Assembly (NCBI GenBank): GCA_046757025.1
Contig: JBHHXN010000054.1
Location: forward strand, 1-29,694
Direction of reading: 5' to 3'
Length of the DNA: 29,694 nt
Source of the DNA: a bacterium
GTDB taxonomy: Bacteria > Zhuqueibacterota > Zhuqueibacteria > Oceanimicrobiales > Oceanimicrobiaceae
Below the pieces are notes generated by a model. The model was not told the origin of the DNA. It worked only from the letters and a program-made list of their open reading frames with translations, and ran no database searches. The position numbers and the translations under genes were made by a program. Shown piece after piece: positions 8,561 to 16,019 of this stretch (the first letter of the stretch is position 1; each line of letters opens with the position of its first letter).

Positions 8561-9769
8561 ATGCCAACTTTCGAATACAAGGCTTATTCCGAGCACGGCG
8601 AAGAAATTGTCGATGTCATGGAAGGGAGCAATCCGGGTGACGTGGCCGAAAAATTGCAAAAACTCGGCTACTTACCGATCGAAATACGATCTCAAAAAAA
8701 TATCTCGAATTTTCAAATTCGACTGACCGGCAATAAAATCAAACAAAATGAAATCATCGTTTTTACCAAACAATTGGTCACTTTGCTCAAAGCCGGCGTA
8801 CCGCTGCTTTCCTGCCTGGAAGCGCTAAACGAACAGGCCAGCAACGAGCAGATGAAAGAAGTCATTCAGGCTTTGTTTGTGGATATCGAAAGCGGCGCCA
8901 GTTTTTCAGAGGCGCTGGCTAAACATCCCAAAGTCTTTTCGAATATTTACGTCAACTCCATAAAAGCGGGTGAAATGGGCGGCGCACTGGATGATGTTCT
9001 CGAGAGGTTGGCACAGTTGATGGAGCATGAGGAGGAAACCAGCTCGCGGGTGAAATCCGCCATGCGCTATCCTCTCATCGTTGTGGTCGCCCTGATCATC
9101 GCCATGATCACCTTGATGATGTTAGTGGTACCTAAATTTAAAAACATGTTTGAAAAGCTGGGCGTGGAATTGCCGCTGCCGACGAGAATGCTGTTGGGCT
9201 CGTACTCTTTGTTGGCCAATTACTGGTATGTGATTCTCGCGTTTCTCGCCCTGGCAACTTTCGCGTTTTATAAGTACATCCAAACCGAAAAAGGCGCCTA
9301 CCAGTGGGATAATTTTAAAATAACTGCCCCGATTTTTGGACCGCTGAATTTAAAGACCGCCATGTCCCGATTTACGCGCATGTTTGAGACCCTGAACAAA
9401 AGTGGGCTGCCCATCCTGCAGACCTTGGATATTGCCGCTAAAACCGTAGGCAACCGGGTGGTGGGTAAAGAAATTGAAAAAGCCGCGATTGGCATTATGC
9501 AGGGTGAGGGGCTGGCGGCTCCGCTCAGCAAAGGTAAAATTTTTCCTCCGTTGGTGGTGAAAATGATCGCCATCGGCGAGCAATCGGGCGCCCTGGATGA
9601 CATGATGGTGAATGTTTCCCGGCACTACGACACCGAAGTGGACTACGCCGTGAAAAATCTGACTTCCATGATTGAGCCTGTTCTAACGGTGGGTGTGGGT
9701 GTCATCGTCCTGTTTTTGGCTCTGGCAATTTTTCTGCCCATGTGGGATCTTACCAAGCTGGCTCAATAG
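8561..9769 (+). CDS. pilC: Type IV pilus/T2SS inner-membrane platform protein (PilC/GspF)
   Basis: MPTFEYKA start, FTKQLVTLLKAGVPL, AGEMGGALD, GEQSGALD, IEP, three hydrophobic segments. Confidence 0.93.
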   Translation: MPTFEYKAYSEHGEEIVDVMEGSNPGDVAEKLQKLGYLPIEIRSQKNISNFQIRLTGNKIKQNEIIVFTKQLVTLLKAGVPLLSCLEALNEQASNEQMKEVIQALFVDIESGASFSEALAKHPKVFSNIYVNSIKAGEMGGALDDVLERLAQLMEHEEETSSRVKSAMRYPLIVVVALIIAMITLMMLVVPKFKNMFEKLGVELPLPTRMLLGSYSLLANYWYVILAFLALATFAFYKYIQTEKGAYQWDNFKITAPIFGPLNLKTAMSRFTRMFETLNKSGLPILQTLDIAAKTVGNRVVGKEIEKAAIGIMQGEGLAAPLSKGKIFPPLVVKMIAIGEQSGALDDMMVNVSRHYDTEVDYAVKNLTSMIEPVLTVGVGVIVLFLALAIFLPMWDLTKLAQ

Positions 9770-9820
9770 TTTTCATAATGACTCAGGTGTTTTTTTTTGA
9801 AAAAAGCGGGTTCGACGCCA

Positions 9821-9938
9821 ATTTTCGAACCGGAACAGCATGCCGAAATGAAACATTTATGAAATTTGATTAATAAAAAACAGCTATTTAGTAGGAATAT
9901 CATTCCGTTAAGTGGTAAAAATATTCCATAATGGCACA
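9821..9938 (+). promoter_or_regulatory. Three candidate enhancer-binding-protein sites upstream of the pilin sigma54 promoter
   Basis: Related 17-mers ATTTTCGAACCGGAACA (9821), CATGCCGAAATGAAACA (9839) and TATTCCATAATGGCACA (9922), about 100-220 nt upstream of the -24 element. Confidence 0.5.
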
Positions 9939-10038
9939 AAGATCGACCACCTGTACCTAATTTAATCTCAAAGAAATTAAGGGTCTAAGCCTTTTAATAT
10001 CAATTAGTAGAGTGGTTGATAAAAATGCGTTTCAATTT

Positions 10039-10054
10039 TGGCACACAGCTTGCA
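10039..10054 (+). promoter_or_regulatory. Sigma54 (-24/-12) promoter of the major pilin
   Basis: TGGCAC-ACAGC-TTGCA matches TGGCAC-N5-TTGC(A/T) with exact spacing. Confidence 0.88.
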
Positions 10055-10119
10055 TAAGTAGTCAGAAAACAATGAAAATTAACAAGTTAACTTATTTTAA
10101 CTTATTTGGAGGTATTGAT

Positions 10120-10458
10120 ATGAGCAATCAAGGTGGTTTTACTCTAATTGAGTTGATCATGGTCATCGTGATTATTGGAATCTTATCCGCCATCGCTGTG
10201 CCGCAATTTGTGAACCTGAGCGACAGCGCAGAAGCTTCACAATGTAAAGCCAACCAGGCTTCGGTGGAGGCGGCCGCTTCCGTGGCGTATGCGGACAGCG
10301 CCATTGCTGGCAACCCGAGATACCCGACTTCTCTTTCCACGGCCATGTTCAAAGGCGGCGCCATTCCCACTTGCCCGGAAGACGGCGACCAGATTTCCTA
10401 CAACAGCACCAATGGAACCGCAAGCTGCCCCAACAGTTTGTCTGCACATGCGCGGTAG
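10120..10458 (+). CDS. Major type IVa pilin (112-aa prepilin)
   Basis: GGAGG RBS, then MSNQGG|FTLIELIMVIVIIGILSAIAVP: class III signal with Glu5 and Pro22. Has its own promoter and terminator, C-terminal cysteines, and GC-richer codons than the downstream pilins. Confidence 0.88.
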   Translation: MSNQGGFTLIELIMVIVIIGILSAIAVPQFVNLSDSAEASQCKANQASVEAAASVAYADSAIAGNPRYPTSLSTAMFKGGAIPTCPEDGDQISYNSTNGTASCPNSLSAHAR

Positions 10459-10497
10459 CCGTGACTTAACGCCTTACAATCAGGAGTACCTGAAATC

Positions 10498-10535
10498 AAG
10501 GGAAGCCGTTTTACTGTGGCTTCCCTTTGTCTTTT
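10498..10535 (+). terminator. Intrinsic terminator after the major pilin
   Basis: AAGGGAAGCC-loop-GGCTTCCCTT followed by TGTCTTTT. Confidence 0.75.
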
Positions 10536-10549
10536 ATTAGTAAATTTGA

Positions 10550-11068
10550 ATGAGAATACACAGAATACAATTGAGGTTTTTAAAGCGGCAGGCTGGTTTT
10601 TCACTGATCGAGTTAATTGTTGTAATCGTCATAGTTGGAATTTTATCAGCGATTGTTGCCGTGAACTTCAATCAGTCAAATGCCAGTTTACAATATGGAG
10701 CATTGGTGCAAAAGTTAAAAATCGATATCGGATATGCACAACAGTTGGCTGCTACAGAAGGCAAGGGAACACGAGTATATATTGACCAGTCCAATAATCG
10801 CTATTATCTAAAATGGGATGATGGATCTTACATCCAACAGCCTGTTGGAGAGGATGATTTTATCGTCCAATTAGGTACAGGAGATTTTAGTGAAGTGCAA
10901 ATAACGGGGACAGATTTTTCATCCGGTCGATTGGATTTTAATACTAGTGGCATGCCATTAAATGCGGGCAATACTTTCACGGGACAATTAACGGTTGTGA
11001 CGCTAAATAGCGCGAAAAGAATAAAAATATCGGCAAATACCGGGTTTTTAGAAATTGAAGATTTATAA
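10550..11068 (+). CDS. Minor pilin (FimT/GspH/MshC-like)
   Basis: QAG|FSLIELIVVIVIVGIL; DI.YAQQLA; F...G.P and C-terminal TG features. Confidence 0.85.
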   Translation: MRIHRIQLRFLKRQAGFSLIELIVVIVIVGILSAIVAVNFNQSNASLQYGALVQKLKIDIGYAQQLAATEGKGTRVYIDQSNNRYYLKWDDGSYIQQPVGEDDFIVQLGTGDFSEVQITGTDFSSGRLDFNTSGMPLNAGNTFTGQLTVVTLNSAKRIKISANTGFLEIEDL

Positions 11069-11570
11069 AGACAGAGCTTTGAAGTTCCATTCTGAAGAAG
11101 GGCTGACGCTGTTGGAAGTCGTGGTAGTGATGGTGTTGGTGGGTGTCATAGCTGTGTTTGTTAGCGATGTAATTTTCTATGAAATCAATATGTACGACAA
11201 AGTACTCAATCAAACGGATGTGTTGCAAACTTCACGGAAAGCCCTGGAAATGCTTGCCAGAGATATTCGACAGATTGCCGCGCCAGATAGCATTTATCAA
11301 GCGTCAGAGGAGGCGATTGTTTTCGATGATGTAGATGATAATGTAATAGCGTATTCCTATTCTAATTCGCTGATTTTAAGGAATGGTGACAAATTAATAA
11401 ACTCAGTAAATGATTTTGAATTCAATTATTTTGATGCATTTGGCGCTAAATTAACTACACCTGTAAACGATCCCACTGATATCTTTTCTATTTCAATAAG
11501 CCTGACTACTTCGCTTGGTAACGGGCAGTTATTGACTCTTAATACCAAAGTTAAACCAAGAAATTTTTAG
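11055..11570 (+). CDS. Minor pilin (PilW/GspJ/MshO-like)
   Basis: EEG|LTLLEVVVVMVL; ALEMLARDIR; C-terminal VKPRN. Confidence 0.85.
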   Translation: MKIYKDRALKFHSEEGLTLLEVVVVMVLVGVIAVFVSDVIFYEINMYDKVLNQTDVLQTSRKALEMLARDIRQIAAPDSIYQASEEAIVFDDVDDNVIAYSYSNSLILRNGDKLINSVNDFEFNYFDAFGAKLTTPVNDPTDIFSISISLTTSLGNGQLLTLNTKVKPRNF

Positions 11571-11635
11571 ATCGAAATAATGTAGATAATGAAACGTTGA
11601 CGTAATCAATTTCAAGGAAGAATTCGAGGTGGAAC

Positions 11636-11836
11636 ATGTTCATTTTTATCATATTCGGATCGATATTTTTTATTTTTAGTGTGCTGTTCTTTTTTACGCC
11701 TAAATTTATTATCAAAATCAGTGAAATGGGCAATAAATTGATTTTTACAGATCACGGTACGGTTGCACATAGATATTGGTCAGGAATATTTCTGCTGATT
11801 ATGAGTATCATTATGTTCTACCTGGGATGGCAATGA
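11636..11836 (+). CDS. Small two-TM membrane protein (66 aa)
   Basis: GAGG RBS; two hydrophobic stretches separated by a polar loop. Confidence 0.65.
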   Translation: MFIFIIFGSIFFIFSVLFFFTPKFIIKISEMGNKLIFTDHGTVAHRYWSGIFLLIMSIIMFYLGWQ

Positions 11837-11957
11837 TAATTTTCGCAGGAAATTTGTCCTTATTTCGAATCAGACCAAATGAACCTATCTGGAGTTCAGC
11901 TCTCAGGCTTCGAAAGCGCAAGTTAAAGCTTGAAAATCAGAAAGTTTTCATTTGTCA

Positions 11958-13715
11958 CTATTTTATTAGCAGCATTCTCTTTTTGATGGTCCATGGTGGA
12001 TTACTAGTGGTTAATATGTAAAAGTAGAACCCACTGGGAAGATTGCTGCCTTGAAAGTTTGTCTTATATACCACACCTGCATTTAAGAATTTATCGACTA
12101 AAGTTTGTACCTCTTGTCCTGAAATGTTGTATATTTTCAAAGAAGTGAACCCATCTTTGGGTAAGGCAAACTCAATGGTAGTTTGAGGATTGAAGGGATT
12201 CGGATAATTTTGGAGCAGGAATATTTTATCTGGCAATTCAGCAATCTTAACCTCAATGGCGCCATGATATTCGATTTTACCATCCAGATCTATTTGTTTC
12301 AGGCGATACTTGACGGTTGTGGGTATACCAAGATTGAGTGAGCTGAGATTGTCAACATATTGATAATGATGCGTTTCTACTGTTGTGCCGTTTCCTGGTA
12401 TAAATCCTATTTTTGCCCAATGGTCAGTGCAGGGATGCGGTTTATTAGCCCCATCCGCTAAAAATGCAACCGATTCACATACCTTTCTCTCAATGTCAAA
12501 GCCATAATTATTTTGTTCAGTTGCAGTGGCCCATTTAAGTTCAATTCGATTCCCTTGCGTTAGTTCGCCGCTGAAAGAAAGCAGCTCTATTGGCACGGGA
12601 CCATTTTCATCATTCCACCGTGCGAATTTGTTTGAAGGTTTTCCGCCGGCTGTGGTAAAACTGCCCCCAACAAAAATGTCGTTTACAATGTTGGCAGTGG
12701 CGAACACTAAGCCGCCGTCTATTCCGCTGCCCAGGGCCGACCAATTGCTGCCGTTCCATCTGGCTATTTTATTGGCGCTCAAATTCCCAACTGCAGCGAA
12801 ACTCCCTGCAATGAAAAGCTCACTTCCAACCACGGTCATAGCATTGACGTCGCCACCGCTTATTTCATTTGCTAAGGCATTCCAGTTGCTGCCATCCCAC
12901 CGGGCAATTTTTTTGGCGCTAACGCCACCAACGGTGGTAAAAGTCCCGCCGGCAAAGAGGTCACTTCCAAGGGATACAATCGCATTGACATCAAGGTTTG
13001 TGCCGCTGCCTAATGCTGACCAGGTACTGGTGGCAATATTCCAGGAAGCGATATTATCTGTACTATTACCACCTGCGGTGGTGAAACTTCCTCCGGTGTA
13101 GATGATGTTGTCTTTGACTGCAATCGCATAAACCGGGCCATTGACTCCATTACCTTGTCCATCATCTAATGGTGACCAGGCGCTGCCATTCCATTTCGCG
13201 ATATTATTGGTGGCTACTCCATCAATGGATGAAAAGATACCGCCAACGTACACATCGTTATTGTGAATAACAATGGCGCGAATATCGCCATTACTGATGC
13301 CCGAACTTAATCCCGACCAATTACTGCCATTCCAAAGGGCAACATTGTTCACGCTAACCCCGCCCGCTGTGCTGAAACTACCGCCCACATAGATATTGCT
13401 GCCGTTTGCAGCAATGGCATTTACATTACCATTTGTGCCATTGTTTACTCCGCTGCCGATGGAGGTCCAATTAGTCCCATCCCATTTGGCTATATTATTT
13501 GCTGCCACACTGCCAACCATGGTGAAACTGCCACCGATGTACAAATCCGTACCATTGACAGCCATGGCCAGCACGGTTCCATTTACGCCTAATGAATTGA
13601 ATCGGTCGTCCCAATAAACATCGTTTGGGTCGGATGCAATAGCTGAATTCAGAATGAATAGAATGACAAAAATAATGACTTTGCTGAATTGATAACAGGT
13701 TCGCGTTTTCATCAT
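11958..13715 (-). CDS. Secreted 7-repeat beta-propeller protein with a T9SS type-A-like C-terminal sorting domain
   Basis: Signal peptide; seven ~48-aa repeats (V.A....GG.F...GG....NIA.W.G..W..LG.G); PIELLSF...W.TATE.NN.GF domain; LLQNYPNPFNP..TI.F...IYN..G..V..L...SG.Y......K.MLLIK tail. Confidence 0.88.
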   Translation of the reverse strand: MMKTRTCYQFSKVIIFVILFILNSAIASDPNDVYWDDRFNSLGVNGTVLAMAVNGTDLYIGGSFTMVGSVAANNIAKWDGTNWTSIGSGVNNGTNGNVNAIAANGSNIYVGGSFSTAGGVSVNNVALWNGSNWSGLSSGISNGDIRAIVIHNNDVYVGGIFSSIDGVATNNIAKWNGSAWSPLDDGQGNGVNGPVYAIAVKDNIIYTGGSFTTAGGNSTDNIASWNIATSTWSALGSGTNLDVNAIVSLGSDLFAGGTFTTVGGVSAKKIARWDGSNWNALANEISGGDVNAMTVVGSELFIAGSFAAVGNLSANKIARWNGSNWSALGSGIDGGLVFATANIVNDIFVGGSFTTAGGKPSNKFARWNDENGPVPIELLSFSGELTQGNRIELKWATATEQNNYGFDIERKVCESVAFLADGANKPHPCTDHWAKIGFIPGNGTTVETHHYQYVDNLSSLNLGIPTTVKYRLKQIDLDGKIEYHGAIEVKIAELPDKIFLLQNYPNPFNPQTTIEFALPKDGFTSLKIYNISGQEVQTLVDKFLNAGVVYKTNFQGSNLPSGFYFYILTTSNPPWTIKKRMLLIK

Positions 13716-13803
13716 TGGAGTCTCTCCGGTAAATGCTATATGGAACAGAGAAAAACGAGTATGTGATTTATTGATGTGGATGTAATCATCGTTATCTACT
13801 GTT

Positions 13804-13878
13804 AAATCGGTAAATTTCTGTAAACACTTTATCTTATATGGAGAATTTTCTAAATATTTTGTAACATTTTACCGATAC
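13804..13878. promoter_or_regulatory. Back-to-back divergent sigma28-like promoters
   Basis: Minus strand TAAA-N16-ACCGATTT (13831-13804) toward the propeller gene; plus strand TAAA-N16-ACCGATAC (13851-13878) toward the minor pilin. Confidence 0.55.
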
Positions 13879-13978
13879 TATCTACAAACCCATAATTTTC
13901 TTCGAGCCCTATTTTGAATGAAGGCCTGGAACTTTTCACAATTTCAATAAAAATTTTAGTCACCCCAATGAAATCAAA

Positions 13979-14404
13979 ATGTTTAATCCTTTAAGAAATT
14001 TTCTTGATAAGAAAAAAATAAAAAATAGTCGTGGGTTTACGCTCATTGAAGTGGTGCTGATAATAGTGGTATTGGCCATAGCAATTCCTTCACTTATGCG
14101 TTTACTATCGTCGGTACTGGATAATAGTCAAAGATCTGTGATAATTTCAAAAGCAGTAATTTATGCTCAAGAGAAAATGGATGAAATCATAGCAGACAAG
14201 CAAAATCCATTGCGGGGCTTCAATTGGGTTGTGACTCCCGGTACCTACCAAAGTGATATACCTTCTAACGACTATACCAGAAGTGTGGTTATTGATACAA
14301 CTGGAAAAATACAAAATGGTGTTCGTTATGCTTTGGTTCAAGTCAGCGTATCAAACAGTGAAATATCTGATATTACACTCACAACCTGGTTGACCGAATA
14401 TTAA
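13979..14404 (+). CDS. Minor pilin (PilV/GspI/MshD-like)
   Basis: SRG|FTLIEVVLIIVVLAIAIP; A..YAQEKMDEI. Confidence 0.85.
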   Translation: MFNPLRNFLDKKKIKNSRGFTLIEVVLIIVVLAIAIPSLMRLLSSVLDNSQRSVIISKAVIYAQEKMDEIIADKQNPLRGFNWVVTPGTYQSDIPSNDYTRSVVIDTTGKIQNGVRYALVQVSVSNSEISDITLTTWLTEY

Positions 14405-14582
14405 TAAATGCATACTCCAAAACCACTATTTTATAAATGTCGTGGCCGAGAATTCTCAAATCTATAAGCTGCTCTTTTGAATAGATTCCTGTTTTCGAAG
14501 GAATGGTAAGTAACCACTTTTCGGTTAAACTCTAATTGGTAAATCAGTAAATTAATTCAAATTAAAGTACTTTTTTGTTGTC

Positions 14583-15530
14583 ATGATAAAACTGAGCTTA
14601 GTTGCATACCGTTCAAACCAAATGATAAAATTTGAGCGCGGCGGGATTTCCGTGGCATTTATATTCTTTATCATTTTATTATTTACAACTTTAGGTGTGG
14701 TTAGTTACTCCGCCATGACTATCGACAGCCGTATGTCCCTAAAATTTCTGCAAAGCGTTCAAACACATTTTATTGCTGAAGCCGGTATCGAATACGGCAT
14801 AAAAAGAGTGTTTCAAGGTCAAGGCGCTCCCTACTCCGAATCGGTTTCTGTATTAGGTGGAACTTTTACTATTGTGTTAGAAGATGAGGGAGGTTTGTTG
14901 GAGTTAACTTCGACTGGCAAGTTAAACGAGGTAGTAAAATCGATTCAAGTACAGATTAATTATCGACCTCCTGTTGGAGATTTTGCAATATCTTCTACTG
15001 GCGAAGTAACCAATGTTACAACTTTGGATGAAAATGGGGATCCGGCTCCCACATTAATGGTCGAAAATATGGCGTCTCTGCCTGATATAGATGATCAAGC
15101 TTTGATCAATTTAGCAACCTCACAAAATCATGTAGAATCAGGATTGGAGTTTACTCCAGCTCATGGTTATCCAAATTTCAACTTTTATTTTAGTGGCACC
15201 ACGCCAAACGTGACTTATGTTCAAGGAGATTTGCGTGTGCGTGGTGGACGAACGGTTTATGGAATTTTTATAGTCGAAGGCGACATCAAATTGGATGGAT
15301 CTTCTCGAGTTGAAGGCGTTTTATATATGGTTAATCCTAATAATATCGTTATTCATGGTGGCGGCTCGCCAACGCAAAGTTCTGTCACCGGCGGCATTGT
15401 TGCCAATGGCGATGTTGATGGCACAGGTAATCACATTACCGTTCGATATAATTCGGAATACATGAGAGCATTTGAAAATTATGAAAATTTGAATGGCAAC
15501 CGAGAAGTTGTTTTATGGCGTGAATTGTAA
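14583..15530 (+). CDS. PilX/GspK/MshP-like minor pilin
   Basis: ERG|GISVAF lacks Glu5; IAEAGIEYG motif; Gly-rich beta-helix-like C-terminal half; ends WREL. Alternative start ATG 14622. Confidence 0.8.
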   Translation: MIKLSLVAYRSNQMIKFERGGISVAFIFFIILLFTTLGVVSYSAMTIDSRMSLKFLQSVQTHFIAEAGIEYGIKRVFQGQGAPYSESVSVLGGTFTIVLEDEGGLLELTSTGKLNEVVKSIQVQINYRPPVGDFAISSTGEVTNVTTLDENGDPAPTLMVENMASLPDIDDQALINLATSQNHVESGLEFTPAHGYPNFNFYFSGTTPNVTYVQGDLRVRGGRTVYGIFIVEGDIKLDGSSRVEGVLYMVNPNNIVIHGGGSPTQSSVTGGIVANGDVDGTGNHITVRYNSEYMRAFENYENLNGNREVVLWREL

Positions 15531-15549
15531 TAATCACTTTAATTATTTA

Positions 15550-15730
15550 GGGTGCAGGTTCCATTTTACGCAATTTGATGATGGAATATCACACCCCTTC
15601 GGGTTAGAATCATTGGACGGGCATTATTTATAATCATGACATCCCTTCGGGATTGCAGACCAAACCCCGAAGGGGTGACATATTCAGCCTGTTTAACAAC
15701 AACGAACTACGTTAAATGGAACCTGCACCC
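15550..15730. mobile_element. MITE with 21-bp TIRs carrying CCCTTCGGG-type REP-like repeats
   Basis: GGGTGCAGGTTCCATTTTACG / CGTTAAATGGAACCTGCACCC (20/21). Flanks ATTATTTA / ATTATTTT form a 7/8 target duplication. Internal CACCCCTTCGGG, CATCCCTTCGGGAT and inverted CCCCGAAGGGGTG. Confidence 0.85.
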
Positions 15731-16019
15731 ATTATTTTTATACGTATTCAATTATTTCATACCACCTGGAAAAATTAAATTCCAATTTCAATCGAGTGAA
15801 ATTTGATATGGGTGTGATTTGTACGACTTTGAGTCCCCGTGCCCATGACAATCCTGAGTTTTGATAGAATCAAAATCGATCATAGAATTTTAACTTCTGC
15901 TGAATGATGACGATAGATTATTGTGGTCTAAACCTTTAATCAACTTCTGGAATGCATATTCTTCATAATGGCTGAAGATAGATCATGAATATTCTTTGGA
16001 GCCAAAACTTGATGAAAAT

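Noticed and set aside
9932..9947. Second sigma54 promoter (TGGCACAAAGATCGAC)
   Set aside because: It lacks the -12 TGC and is better read as part of an enhancer-like palindrome.
10012..10119. N-terminal extension of the pilin in the ORF track
   Set aside because: It overlaps the sigma54 promoter; GGAGG plus ATG 10120 gives a normal 6-aa leader.
10120..10458. Conductive (e-pilin) type pilin
   Set aside because: The mature protein is about 106 aa with few, widely spaced aromatic residues.
12526..13617. Plus-strand ORFs with repeated 'VKLPP' motifs
   Set aside because: Antisense shadows of the repetitive beta-propeller gene.
14583..14637. Duplicated start-like sequence ATGATAAAA..TGAGC
   Set aside because: Short and AT-rich; it only makes the start codon ambiguous.
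15890..15916. Further sigma28-like matches (TTAA-N15-GACGATAG; also 3065-3091, 5170-5197, 14426-14452)
   Set aside because: Too many mismatches to separate from background without a statistical scan.
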